Assembly (NCBI GenBank): GCA_053919585.1
Contig: CM132817.1
Reading direction: 5' to 3' (one strand)
Source of the DNA: Euprymna scolopes
Lineage: Eukaryota
Length of the DNA: 64,000 bases
Shown here: positions 38,866 to 52,568 of the stretch, piece by piece
Position numbering within the stretch: position 1 is the first letter of the stretch
Layout: the number at the start of each line of letters is the position of its first letter
Program-made: the position numbers and the translations under genes
Notes under the pieces: model-generated
Database searches by the model: none
What the model was told of the DNA's origin: nothing
The model's input: only the letters and a program-made list of their open reading frames with translations

Positions 38866-39057
38866 ATGTATATATATATATGTATATATATGATTACTTC
38901 ATTTAATCACATAAATTAATATACGAAAGTATAAATTTATGCGTAAACTTTAAGTATTTACTTCAACAGTGCTCAATACGTAGGTAGAGTTAGGTAGTAA
39001 GTTATAAAATATATACGGCACTTAAACTGCTTAATTGCCATATATTTTATAACTTAC

Positions 39058-39098
<41 letters not shown>

Positions 39099-39107
39099 TT
39101 ATGCGCA

Positions 39108-39160
39108 TAAGCCTGAAGAGTCCTAGAGTGGATGAAATGCGGAATATTCAGTGTAGCTTA
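39108..39160 (+). ncRNA. type I hammerhead ribozyme, Penelope-like context
   Basis: TAAGC-CTGAAGA-GTCC(tagagt)GGAT-GAAA-TGC(gGAATATTCa)GTG-TA-GCTTA. Core is intact, with a GUA site at 39153-39155 and a palindromic stem III loop. Confidence 0.7.
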
Positions 39161-39183
39161 ATGGTCATAGATATTTTATAACT

Positions 39184-39227
<44 letters not shown>

Positions 39228-40380
39228 TAAGAGAAGGAGGGATTAATGAAGATTGATAAATTAATCTCAGTTTTATAAATTTTGGAGAATATGATGCAAC
39301 CTTGTTAAAATATAGTGCAGGATAGACATATTACGTTATATTTTCTTATAATTTAAAAGTCTATTAAACAAATGTGATGCTAAGATCAGTCCGACACTAA
39401 GACTATACTCATTTTTTTATTAAAAATTTTTCTACTTAATTTCTGTAAAAAATTAAATTAATATCTAGGTGCGTAGATTAAGTTGAGAACTCTCGCTTGA
39501 AACGTTTTGGAACGATATTTTAATGATTTTTTGTTGTTAATAATGTTTGACTCTGATCGATCCCAAATTATTAGTTAATGTTATCACTGATATACCAGAA
39601 AAGGTGGGAAAATTCCTACTAAAATCGTTTAGTCAAAAGATAATTGTGTTGCTTCAAAGTCATGTCAAGCCTGACTAATATCTGAAAGAGAATAATCCAT
39701 AATGTATTGGAAAACAAAATACTCTGGCATGTATAATTAATTGATACTTTACTTTATATGGTACTTTATCACACATAATCTGCATTAACCTCTTTTAAAA
39801 GTCCATTAAACGAATGCAGTCATATTGAAGTGAACACTTAGCCTGTTGAAAAAACATAATAGCTTCTAACTTGAAACGCTCTCGGTTTTTGGGAGCATTG
39901 TGCTAGCTGGGAATAAACTTTCAATACTGAAAAGTGTAACTTATAACCGAATTTTACCAAGCACTAAGCGGTGATTCCTTTGTAAAAAAAGTTACTTTAT
40001 TCATTACGTTATAAGAATTTCTATATTAATAGATAAAGCATGATTCAATGCAGATAGGAACTGGTATCTTTCCGCGATTTCAACACTAGAAAAAGTAAAA
40101 CTCTATACGACAAGAAATAATAGTTGCCATATTCGACTTTTAAGGATATAATCCAGTTTTTCTGTATCTCTTTCGCCTCGCATAATTTAATAATATAGCG
40201 AAATTGCAAAACTCGTTGTATAAAGGAATGCCACCTTTCGGAAATTGAGATTGTTTATAAATAATGAAGTTTAGCTTACCACGAATGGATAACGAATCGT
40301 TGCGTAGACAGTTACTTTTAAATCTGAGCTCGATGGTCTGCAAAATTGAAGAACTATAACAAACCGCAGCCTCTGGAAAA

Positions 40381-40448
<68 letters not shown>

Positions 40449-40749
40449 CCTTCACCAGACCATCCATTAACGTGTAATCGCCTTTTTTCTTCTCCCTATT
40501 CCCTCTGTTTCACTATTTTTTTTTACCAAGGAAGATATAGAACTTACTTGTAGTTTCATTAAATACTTTTGCAAGCAAAATCTGATCTCGCATTTTGCAA
40601 ATCCCTACCCTCTGAGGATAAGGAAAGTATTTCTTCGAAACTCCGCGCATTAAGTACTATCCACTTATTTTGTGCTTCCTTTTTTTAAATTACACGTTTT
40701 TAACTCTTTTTCAAAGTGTTTTTAACATGTTTAATTAACTACTTGTTCT

Positions 40750-40810
<61 letters not shown>

Positions 40811-40889
40811 AATTTCAGGTATTCAGGAGATAAAACTCATGACTTAAAACGAAGTTATTAAGAGTGCCCAATACTACACAAATACTACA

Positions 40890-41090
40890 TAGTCGCTACA
40901 CTGAACATGCTAATGTTTCGGACAATATGTTAATATTTTATTTTTATGAATAAAAATATATTTCACTTTTTCAATTTTGAACCAGATGCCTTCAGTGGCA
41001 AGTAAACATTTTTACGTCACCTGACAAGTAACTTTCGGTTTCTTGCAAACCAATTTTTTCGAAACATTAGTATGTTTAGTGTAGCGACTA
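40890..41090. repeat. 31-bp inverted repeat pair (MITE or Penelope-type inversion)
   Basis: TAGTCGCTACACTGAACATGCTAATGTTTCG (40890-40920) versus CGAAACATTAGTATGTTTAGTGTAGCGACTA (41060-41090), 2 mismatches. Confidence 0.7.
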
Positions 41091-41118
41091 TTTAAAATGT
41101 GTCTATATAAATAAAAAC

Positions 41119-41175
<57 letters not shown>

Positions 41176-42149
41176 GATGCAGTTATCTTTTTAATGTATC
41201 ATTGTAAATGGTGCGTAATGGTTGCTTCGGTCGTAGCTGGTAAGCTGGTATATAGAAATACAATAGTTCATTAACTTTTATTTTACAAACTGCGAAGCAC
41301 AAAAAAGCATACAAAACCTACAAAATAATAAACAGGCCTCTGTCATCAACATTCCGGCCTTCACGAATTTTATTCTTACTTCGAACATATGCGTCTATAT
41401 ACAGGTGGCTTTTAATTATTTATATTTTACGGTGTTTAAAGGGCAGTTGCAGTTAAAGACCTTATTGACAATTATATAATTACAGTCGTTTTTAATCGTT
41501 TGTTATAGTCCTTGCTGTATTAGTTAACTTCCGTTATGTAATAGTAGTTTAGTAATCGATGTAATTTTTTTGTACATAGGTGTCACCACTTGTCAAGGCC
41601 CGAAAGACACTCGAATATAATAGTGTGCAGTTTATTTTTTAATCTACTATCAGTGCTTCCCAGCGTTGCCCAGGATTATAAAAATAAACAAAAGAAAATG
41701 TTTATTTGTAAATTAACCAATTGGATAATATGGTAAATATTATCCTAAATTTTTAAGAAGGACTTCCACTTCTTTCTCATGATACTAAGGGGAAGTTATT
41801 ATAGATCCTATTTTGACATATGATAATGATGGATCAATTAGTTTTGGTGTGAATTAATTGTATTCCGACGGATTGTGCTGAAATAATAACGTTATTATTT
41901 CTTAGGGAGGCTTTGTTAACTATTCTGTACTTACATATGGTCTGGGGACTAATGCAGAAGACAGACCTTGATATTTTTGTTTAGATAAGACAAGCAGATT
42001 GAATTCAGTTCTTATGGCATAATTTTTTTTAATAAAATGTTAGGTGAAAGTACAGATTCATTAGAAAACTTCTTCCCTTTTCCATGAGTATCTATATATG
42101 TTTGTATGTGCATGCAGATTACAGATTACGAATTGTCAGACAAATGCTC

Positions 42150-42730
42150 AACCGAACACACGCACAAAAACACGCGCATGCACGAACTAAATTAAGAATC
42201 ATTGGCGAAGGGAAATACGCGCCGTTAGTAAGAGAGAAAGGGGAAGGGTAACCCCTTTATACACAGTGTGGACCCAGTAGTATAGTAGGGAACAGCAGTC
42301 CGACGGCTACAAAACCACTATCAGAGTGATTTGTATCGTACGCACACGCGCACACACGACTGGAATAGCTGTAATGGCCTATTCATAAAAAGAACTTCAC
42401 GCCAGGCGGAAGATTATGTCTCGCATAGTGAGACACATGCTGAACCGACCACACAAACGCAAACTATAATACCCACGCATACACGAACTATAATAAGAAC
42501 AATTAGCGAAAGGAAATACGCGCAGCAAGAAAGAGAGGGACCAATGTAACCCCTTTACACACGGTGTGGACCCCATAGAATAATAGAAAATCGCAGTCCG
42601 ACATCTACAACGCTACTGTTGAAGTGAGTTATATCGTACGCACGCGCGCACGCACGCACACACACGACTATAATTTCCTATTCATTAAATGAAATTGGCA
42701 CCGGGCGAAATAATATGTGTCTTAGTGACT
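42150..42730. repeat. ~302-bp diverged tandem dimer
   Basis: CACGAACTA..AAGAA..GGAAATACGCGC..GTAACCCCTTTA..GTGTGGACCC..GCAGTCCGAC..TATCGTACGCAC at 42181 and again at 42483. Confidence 0.8.
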
Positions 42731-43243
42731 CCGTATTTTAATTTTAGTAACCGTTCGCCTATAAAGGGAAGAACTGGATTCCAGAATATGAGAATTTTCA
42801 AAACTCTGCAAATCAGAATAGACGGACTTTAGCGAGGGAGCCTTTATTATTCATGAATCGGAAATTAGATCTATGTAATGTATGAGCCAATTTCAATCGC
42901 TGTAATCACATAATCTATGGAATGTGTAGAATTCGTCCCGGTGACAACTGGTAGCAATGGTAAGGCTAAATATTTAGAGGAAAAATAATAAAGAATATAG
43001 ATGTAGCGATTGTGATAGTGTGGGCCGTAGGAGACAATGTAGTAGTTTATTATCACGGCTGAATATGTCTAAAATAGGTGTCGAAAGCTACATAATATTG
43101 TATTATATTATAGCTTAGATGTATTGAATTTGTATGTGGCATCTGTTGTTGCAGACCTTCGATAATTTTGTCTAAACGTAAATACAGAAATTAATTCTCA
43201 TTAATTAAATGTCAGTAATATTATTTTAATTAATTCTAATCAT

Positions 43244-43285
<42 letters not shown>

Positions 43286-44869
43286 TTATTTTCTTGTTTA
43301 GAACAATACTTTTCAAATATGTTTCTAGGAATTTGTTTATACTTTCTATCTCAATTTTCAGTCTGTTTCAATCTATCGCTTCTAATATTAAAGGCTTTAT
43401 TCCTATATATAATATTTTGATTGCAGAAATTCCCCTCTGCACCAAATTGCCGTGGTTTTTTATTGACAGGTAGCACATACAAAAGCATTATGTCTAAACC
43501 TTCAACACCAGTCTTATCTAATTACACTAGGTCGTTTCATACAGTTTTTATTATACTTAGATTCTATATTGCATCCGAGGAGAGGCGTCGTCACTATTTC
43601 CCAGACCTATAAACGAAGTAGTTCGTATTTTCCCCCCCTTCCTCCACTCTCCCAGACAAAACGGGGTATATATATATATATATAACCATTACAACTATTT
43701 TCATCGTACACCTAATAAACTAGATTAAACACTCTTACAAATAAAACTGTAATTGCACTTCACTATTTAAAAATAATGATTTCTTCCCAGTAACATTATT
43801 GCTATTCTCATTAGCTGTTACCTTGAAATTCTATTATTCCGGTTAATACAAAAAACGAACACATCAGCCTTTAATCAAGATGGCTGGTCGATCGCCTCGC
43901 ATCTATTTAAATCATTTATACTTTAGTTTAAAGTTACACAAATACAAAAAACGTTATAACTTCCATATAGATGAATTAGTGCAGCAACCTCTGGTGATGT
44001 TTTCATCTAATGAAACTAGCGTTTCCTCGTTCTAAACTGCCCAAGCTTTCTTCCTTTATTGATTTGTATTAATAAAAATTTGTATCGATCATCCAAACGT
44101 ATTAGATAAAAATATGAACGAATCTCTGGCGTACGTCTATGAAATTGTTCCCACCCATCAATCTAGGAAGGTTATAACTGAAAACTGATCCTTGACGATA
44201 AAAGTCATAAAAACATTTCTTTATTTGTTTGCTTTTATATTTTTTTCCTGGAAGTTAAGTTTGTAATCAATGAGTTTAACGTTAATTGATTAAAAACATG
44301 TAAATCTTGGAATGTACAGGCGGGGGGGGGCATTCATAAACTTTCCCCGAATTTTTTTCTAAAATAATTTTTGTTTCTTTCTTGTAGAGGTAGGGGGTAC
44401 TTATTTATACCTTGCTTGTTTATTTTCGTTATTGAAAATACCGAATTAAGCGGGGCTCGCAAAAATCCTTCTTTTCGGCAACCACGTATGCGCTTCCACC
44501 GGTCTTCCTTGAATTGATTAAAATAGATTAAACCATGATGACGTCTGCGTTAACCAATGGATAAATGGGGTCAGGTAGTAACCTAAGGGTTGAACGTTCG
44601 CGCCCATGTATCGAATCGTATTTTTTTAGTAGAAAGGTTTAACATTTACATATTCTTCTTTATTTTTCGCTTCTTCTTTATTTTCCTGTTTTTATTTAAT
44701 TTTTAAAAATACTTTCCCATGCTCTTTTTTGGCGATAAATACGCATAACTTTTCGTGTTTATTCTCCGTTTTCTATTATCGAATTCACACAGTTTTATTT
44801 GTTTTTATATTCCTTTTTATTTGTTCTTATTATCGAAATCGATAGTTCTAATCTTAAAGAAACCAAAAG

Positions 44870-47400
44870 TGTTCTTTCTCTGCTACCGGCGCGAATAAAC
44901 CAGGAATAAGAAGTGAGAGGTGTTAACCTACGTGATGCGACAAGAGTTACTGAACATTAATAGGGCAAACTTCTTAGATAAAAGAGTATTTGCTCATGCT
45001 TGATAAGTAGGCTATACTATTTCAAACTCTACACAACAAGCTATTTCGGCTGACTAATAACCAAAACTAAATAACAGACAGAGCATTTGATACCCGAATT
45101 TATGGCATCTCCCTTGATCACAGTGTCTCAATGGTTGGAACAGGTTGAGATGGTGTTCAAAATCTATGGTGCTGACAACCTCGAGCGTGTTTTATTACTT
45201 TGGCTCTGTCAGTAAACCGATAGTTAACCCGTGACCAAAAGACTATCTAAAGCTGGTGAAACAAGTTCTCATCGTGGTTTAGCACTTCTGTTGCATTTGA
45301 AAAGCTTATCTCTCGTCGTTTGCGCTCGAGGAAAATTGTGGACAAATACTTCGGTGACCTATGGGACCTGGCACTTCTAATTAAAGAAACCTCCCTCTGA
45401 TCGAGCGTTCAATTGCGCTTTTAATTCAGCGCTCTTCGCTTCGGTTACACAACAAATGCGTAGGTCATCAAGGGTAGAACACATGACACTGGAACAGATT
45501 CTTGCTAGGAATCGAGCTTTCATGACAGAAGTAGAAGTGAGTCAGCCTGTTGCTGCAGCAGCCGGGCGACGCAAAGTTATTCTTCGTGAGCCTGTCAACC
45601 CACTTTCAACATCGGACCAGCAAGATGCAGTCGCAGTGCAGTACCAAAAATGTGCAAATCCCAATCAGTTTGTAAAAGATTGTCGGCAGTTCGCTGGCAA
45701 AGCATGAAGGGATGCACTATTATTAGTGCCAGCAATAAGGACATGTCGCATCAAGGTGTTTGGGAAACGAGACAAAGACGAGAGATCCGTACTACACTAT
45801 CGCCACATAGACTAGATCGGATAGCGTAGGTGGATTCTGGCCGCTTCTCATTTGTTATCATTGGGTTGTTATGTCAATTCAAAATAGGAAAAGTATCGCA
45901 GTTTTTAGCCAAGTTGTTGGTAGCATAACTTTAAAAGCTACCAAAAGGAACCCCCTGAAAACTGACGTACTGATGGTAAACAGTAAGTCAGTTGAAGTTA
46001 ACCTTCTTCTGAGAATGTACGTCACCAAATTTGGCGGCGTGCATATTGACGAAAGAGGCAAAGTACATTTAGCTGAAGCTGTTCTTGTTCTGAACGCAAA
46101 AAAAGAGTTGGAACAGTCTGTATTCCGCGTAGAGTTCGATCAACGCACCAAATAATGGACGGTGTCGTGATCAGCTGCCAGAAAATGTATGCAACAAATA
46201 TAACATCCCTGCAAAAGCTCGTGCTATATATGATTAAGATCTACAAGTTTAGATTGATAATTACTCAGAAACAGAATTGGAGTCCTAAAAGCGTATGATC
46301 CGACTAATGGCAGTCATACAGCAGAAAAGCAAAAAGTGAAGTCGGTTCTAGACTATCAGAAATTAAATGAGCACCTATACCAATTCACTGCCCATGCGGA
46401 TATATGCATCGAAAAGCTAAAAGAATGGCAGCGATCAGGATCCAATATATCGGTGTTAAAACTTCGCAAGGCATAACTTCAAATACACGTGCACCAATAA
46501 CTGTAGCTCTATCAAACTATCAATCAAGGGTCGAAGTCATTGTCTTAACCGCATAGAGTTCAGACTCCGTGTGGTAGTGTCTATCATGTAAACAATTGTT
46601 GACGCTATTTTGATGAAATACAAGAGCATACATCTGGCTATATTGATGCCGTATATGTGGACGAGAGTACTGTTCCCATAGGAAATTACGGCCTCCTTAG
46701 TAAAAAGAGGCTACAGAATGGTAAAAGAGTGCTGGGTTTGCAGGTTTTGAGAGAGTGTAACGGTCTGTATTGGAGGAGTTGGAATGAAATCCCAGATATG
46801 CCGCGTGTCGTCACTTGGCGGAATATATTTTTGTCATTTGGAAAGTCGGTTGGGTATCTTCCCGTGAGTAGTTTGCTTTGGGCTGCCGTTGCGTTCATCA
46901 AGCGGAGAGCATTTGACGTCATCACTGGATGGGATGAAAATGTAAACGACGCTCTCTCAAAGTTATGACAAAGGAGGTTCTCACCAAAGTGCACAAAGAA
47001 GACACAATGCGGGAAAATGATGTCGATGCTCAAGACGTTAGCGTATAGGTTGACGCAAGATCTCTCGCTATCGGTATGTCATTGGTATATTATGGAGCTG
47101 TGTCAGACGATGCTTGTTGGTCACGCCCAACAAAAGATTCCCAACATATAAAATTTGCGGAACTCGATGCCGTATTAAAATAATAAACTTGGCAAGACGA
47201 CCACCTTGCATTTGTTCACTAATTCTGCCTGTGTTCGAAAATGGATGTTGAATAATCTTACTGACAGGAATACGCACTATCAATTGATGAATCCTAGGTA
47301 AAATCTAGCCAAACGGAGGTGAATCAATTGACGAGTATGTCTTGATGCAAATAAGAGCACTACTGAGTTGCAACTTATCTGCACTGCATCTGTGAACTCA
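44870..47400 (+). mobile_element. heavily decayed Ty3/Gypsy element of the same lineage as 20928-25396 (LTR end, gag, PR, RT, RNase H remnants; boundaries approximate)
   Basis: LIPEF and QWLEQVEMV gag remnants near 45085-45155; GGGAAAC at 45762; LMAVIQQK, VLDYQKLNE and FTAHADICIEKLKEW (RT); RVLGLQV and GWDE; same post-LTR 12-mer as the first element. Confidence 0.85.
45039..45050 (+). promoter_or_regulatory. non-canonical PBS complementary to tRNA-Phe 5' end (second instance)
   Basis: ACAACA|AGCTATTTCGGC, just upstream of the gag remnant. Confidence 0.75.
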
Positions 47401-48482
47401 GTCGGAGACGATTAAAACTAGAAATTATGACTAAGACTAAAGACTAAATTTAACTAGCAAACGTCAATCGATTAAAGGACACATATCAACGCAGCAATCA
47501 ACGATTGAGAGCGATCGATTAAATTAAAGAGTAAAATACTCATCAAATTATTGAAAGAACATTTCAGCTCTTCTCTCAAGATATTAAAAATAATGTAACC
47601 TATGTTAATAAAAAATATGAGATCGCTTTTCGTGTTTTATTTTTCTCGCGACATGTTGATTTTAAAATTGAATTATACTCTTTTATATTTACTATTAATG
47701 AACTATTTATTCATATAAAATGCATTACTGTCGATTTGAAGTTACGCTATTGAATTAAAAATTCCTTGTTAAATTACTTTGGGAAAAATCGGTCACTTCC
47801 AGTCAAAAGCCGGTTTCCATTCCAAACGCCCAAAAGAAAACAAGCCCAAGATAAGAAAATATTTGTTTCTGAATTTTTAATATGATGATTTGTTTTCGTA
47901 TTATTTAGATTTTTTGAACTACTTAGGAAAATTCAATTGTAAAGATTATAGGTTAAAGTGTGGGAGACTGAAAAATACAATTGCGATTACTTAGGACTTC
48001 TATCTAGTCATAGCAAACGGAACTAGAACTTGCAACCCCCGTGAAGTAAATAAAGGATTCCGTTCGAAATTCCTTGCAGATTCCAGAGTTCGACAGAAAC
48101 ATTCCCAAGTTTGACAGAAATACTCCAGAGTTCATAAATATACATCTTAAGAAAGTCGGAGGTTACATCGACCGGAATGTTGTGAAAATGGCAGTCAAGA
48201 TGAGAATAATAGACTGTAAACTCAAAATAACACGAACAAGATATGTAATGTCCACGAAACTGCATTATTGGAATGTAATTCTTTTAATGTCGTATTAAAT
48301 ATCACTTTGGCATGTGAATTATGTTAAATGAACATTGTTTATGTAATGGAACAGATAATTTATACATGCAAAACAATTTAGGAGATGTTATCGAATTACG
48401 CTTCAGAACTTTTAAGCTGAGGGTTGATTGTTCATATTATTTGGATTCTTCAGACTGCTGTTCTCATCTTATATGTTGTTTT

Positions 48483-48524
48483 CACAACGTTTCGGTCGAT
48501 TAAACCTCTGACCTTCTTCAGGTG
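48483..48524 (-). ncRNA. minimal hammerhead-like motif lacking a stem III loop (Penelope-type)
   Basis: CAC-CTGAAGA-A-GGTC(agaggtttaatc)GACC-GAAAC-GT-T-GTG; a palindromic AACGTT replaces stem III. Confidence 0.55.
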
Positions 48525-48744
48525 TATCTTGTTGAACACGGGAATCATGGCGGAATTTCATGACTGTGTAGAAATGTTAGATAAGTCGCAATTGTTTATT
48601 GAACCTTCAACCTCCATAAGAGTGCTACTTTTACAACTGAATTTTAGTAAAAGCGTAAATAGGTAGAAATTGTACTTGAATCAGTAATTTAAAACAGAAT
48701 CGGCAATTGTATCGGGATTTTGAAATATTGGAATCGTCCTATCA

Positions 48745-48799
<55 letters not shown>

Positions 48800-49600
48800 T
48801 AGCAGAGAGACTCGACGTGTCCTCGAATGTTTTATACTTCCTATATAATTATTATCATTCAAATAAGTGAAAATACCCACTTTTTAACTAAATCGATTAA
48901 TTGCTTGCTTTAGTCGGGAACACACCATGGTTCAGTGTGAGAAAGCATCACATGCCATAGCGTAGTGGCAATTTGTACGTAATACATTGTAGTCTACATT
49001 GCACTGTACAGAACCTATTATGTATTTCATAAAATGATTTTATATAATGACTTGCATTAAAGTTTAAAATGCAACAGTCAGGTATCATAGCTAAATTATG
49101 CTTTAACCCGAAACATTTATTTTCAAAACTGCCTCTGTCTCATTAAAGAACATACTGCTGATTTTATACGCCTAGTGTTTCAGCTTGTGCAGTGAAACAA
49201 CTTCTCAAATGCACTTGTGATATTTGGTTGCATAAGTGTGTTAACTTTAGTCCAAATCCGACTGTTCCTTATTTAATCGGATATTTTCGATTATCGATTT
49301 TCAATAATTATAATGATACATTTATAAAAACTATTATATCAAAATCAAATGCACACTAGTTATAAACTTAATAAAATGGTATTAAAATATTAATAAAAAC
49401 CTACATCCTAAAGACCATCATAAAGAAGTAAAAATAATTATTTTCTTTAGTAAATTTAAAGCATCAAACATTACTATTTCTAATAACTCCTCTGTGGACA
49501 GGACAAACCTTGTTTTTGAGTTTAAATTCACATTGGAAAATTGCGTTTGACAGCGAGGAATAACACTCACAGACACAGACACACACACACAGACACACAG

Positions 49601-49648
<48 letters not shown>

Positions 49649-50267
49649 GTGTGCCTTACTACAACGACCTTGTCAAGGAGATTAACCATGCATTGTTGTG
49701 AAACAGGGACATTGCTAAACAACATATTAATTCACATTCTTGACCAACTTCCAATTTGGAAAAAGTTCAGTAGACAACACAATTTTCAAACATATTACTA
49801 ATATTACTAATTAAAGCTATCAACAAATATTAAATAAAAATATCCTAAAACAAATTACATGAATAATGCATGTATTTAATTACAATTGATATAAAAACAC
49901 TTCTATAAATATTCTATAATCAGTTGATGTAAATTATCCCTGAAGATGGATCCAGACGGATTCGGAAGTACTTAAATCAAGAGTGACTATGACAGTTACA
50001 TTAGTCAGTGCATGCCTGGAGCAAGAAAATTAATTAGACGACTGGAAACGATCCAAACGAATATATATCTAGACAAACATTTTGCATGTCTTATATACTT
50101 GAGGCGTATATAATGCGTGTATATATTGATGTTTAGATTGTCTAACCAAATCGGAATAATGTTATAGTGTCGAGGCGTATATAATGTGCTTACTTGTGTA
50201 TTTTCGTGTTCATATGTGTGAAATGTCATATTATATAACAAGTATATAACGCGTGTATACGTATAGA

Positions 50268-51066
50268 TATTTAAATAGAATATGCGGAAATTTCTCGAGA
50301 GCTCTTTCGGCTATCATCTTGTCCGGAAAAAATAGATAGCATACAAAATTAGCAAAATTAAAGACCACTATGGGGGAATTTTGATGTGCCAAAAATAAGA
50401 TTAAAAAAACGATTAAAAGAAAGACTTAATCTGAACATAAGGCGTTTACAGGCGACTAAAACTTGGCAAGACGAGGGGGGAAAAACAAAGCAGAAAAGAG
50501 TCAACGTTCCCCAAAGAGAAATAATGCCTTTGTTGTCTCCCTTTGCCGGCATAAAGAAGGTTTTCGAACCGCAATAGAGACAGACCCCAATGGTTTTTGG
50601 AGGCTGCTCTGTATAGCACCTCGAACCACTCTATTTTATATTTATCAGCACAGCATGGATTTTCAACCAAATGCTGGCCAATAGCAGAGAAAAAGGCTAC
50701 GAGAAGGAGGGAGACTATCGGATCCTACCCTTCCCTGTCTGATTTTAGATGGAACATGCTGGTTTATACGAGTTAGCAAATGCAAATGCCCGACATAACC
50801 AGCATCGCACTGGCATTTAAATTGATAAACAATATTACTAATTTGGGTGTAAGGCAAACTATCTTTCAGTCGCTTTTAAACCCCTTATTTTCAAATTAAA
50901 TCTTTCTTTTAATCGTTTTTTTTTCTCTTATATTTGGCACATCAAAATTCCCTCATAGTGCTCTTTAATTTCGCCAATAATATTGTTTTGTATGCTATCG
51001 ATATTTCCTGACGCGTTTATAGCCGAAAGAGCTGTCGAGAAATTTCCGCACATTTTATTTAAATCT
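50268..51066 (-). mobile_element. 5'-truncated Penelope-like element: GIY-YIG endonuclease remnant between ~195-bp inverted pseudo-LTRs
   Basis: Minus strand SNIVYQFKCQCDAGYVG..RINQHVP and SAIGQHLVENPCCA..FEVL (frameshifted). Arms 50268-50462 and 50864-51066 are inverted copies, each with a decayed hammerhead (GCCGAAAG-AGCT-CTC/GTC). Confidence 0.85.
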
Positions 51067-51085
51067 TTATATAATTTTGTACCTC

Positions 51086-51161
<76 letters not shown>

Positions 51162-52401
51162 GTATAAAGATTAATAATTGTAAATTATGAGTCGGTTTCA
51201 AAAGGATGAACAAACAAAATCAAATTGAGTGTACGATCGTTTCGGAAAATTTACAAAGATTTTTTTTAACATAATCTCCTATTCAGCACTAAGAGGGGTG
51301 GGGATGGGGAGTTAAGGACGCCAAAATCAAACTGGCATTTTTGTAGCAAGTAAGGTGGATAGTCCAAAAAATATTTAAAAACATAAGAAAAATGTAAATT
51401 TTATGTTGATAATGAAAATAGAAAATTAGAGGAAATAGAAAAAAGAAAACAAATTAAATACCTTATTAAAAATAAATTTGCTTTAAAGTTCGTCAGCACA
51501 TAAGTGGACATGGTGTTATGTTTTGGCCACAAATGGTTGAAATGATTATTTATAGTTTATTATTAAGTTTAAGATTTAAACACGTTAGATAAATAAAAAT
51601 TGTCTGTCTTATCGGTGGACACTAATTTGTAAATCCAGGGGTGATAACTATTATTTTTGAAAAAATAATAAAAAATAAAAACTTTTAATGATTTAATCGA
51701 GACAAAAAAGGCGGTGAATTGTGTGGTTTTGGAAAATTTTGAATTTAAACTTCTATTAAAAATAGTAGAAACATTTCCACAATATTCTGATTTTTATATG
51801 ATAACATTCATATATATAATATCTTTCTGGCAAAACAAAATTGCTCAAGAATAATGGATTTTAATAGATTTTTATTTGTTTTAAAAACAACGACTACTTG
51901 TTTGTTTTTCAATTTTTTGGCCGTGCCTACATTTCTTTTATAGTAATTTTCTTTCTTTTTTTTTGTCTTAGGCTTTATACATTCGTAACTTTTATTAACG
52001 TTTACATCGTTTTTACATTTAATCTTTTCTTCTTTTTTTTTGTCATTTATTTTGCCTTTGCAAAAAATATTATCCGTTTCTCTTCTAGAAAGAATCGAAT
52101 ACGTTTCCAGACTTTCCCATGAAAATGTGCCAGTGTAGTCTGTTCCGTTAATCCTTCCGCTTTCGACAGCAAATAACAAACTAATGAAAGTCTCTAATCG
52201 ATTTGCACGTTTTAAACAGATTTCTGCTGAAGGATTAACGATTTTTATGATTATTTCATTTTTGTTTTGTTTGTTTTTCTTTTTCAGTTATTCGATTTTT
52301 CATTCGGAGACAATCTTTTCCGTTATCCTGATTTTAAAAGAAAATTCTTTCGCTGTGCAAAGGGATTCCATCTAGACGAGTTCAGACTTAACTTGCCATC
52401 A

Positions 52402-52568
52402 TTTATAGCAATTCACTAAACATAATACTATAACCAATTCTTATTTGCTTTCTTGCTTGACTTAATATTTTATAATCTATTAGAACAAAAGGAGCTATAA
52501 TCGTGCAGAGTTTGTGACGTCATTAGAGAATCACGTCAGATAAATATCGTTTACCGTAGATGACGTTA
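52402..52568 (-). promoter_or_regulatory. candidate Pol II promoter: CRE cluster plus TATA box
   Basis: TGACGTCA (52515-52522), ACGTCA (52533-52538) and TGACGTTA (52561-52568) lie within 55 bp; TATAAA on the minus strand at 52402-52407; non-repetitive sequence. Confidence 0.35.

Noticed and set aside
39540-40380. Possible decayed Penelope RT/thumb remnant
   Set aside because: Only faint motif resemblance with many stops; cannot be supported without a profile search.
51808-52179. 123-aa ORF as a host exon
   Set aside because: The Lys-rich part comes from poly-A/T low complexity; non-ATG start and no recognisable domain.
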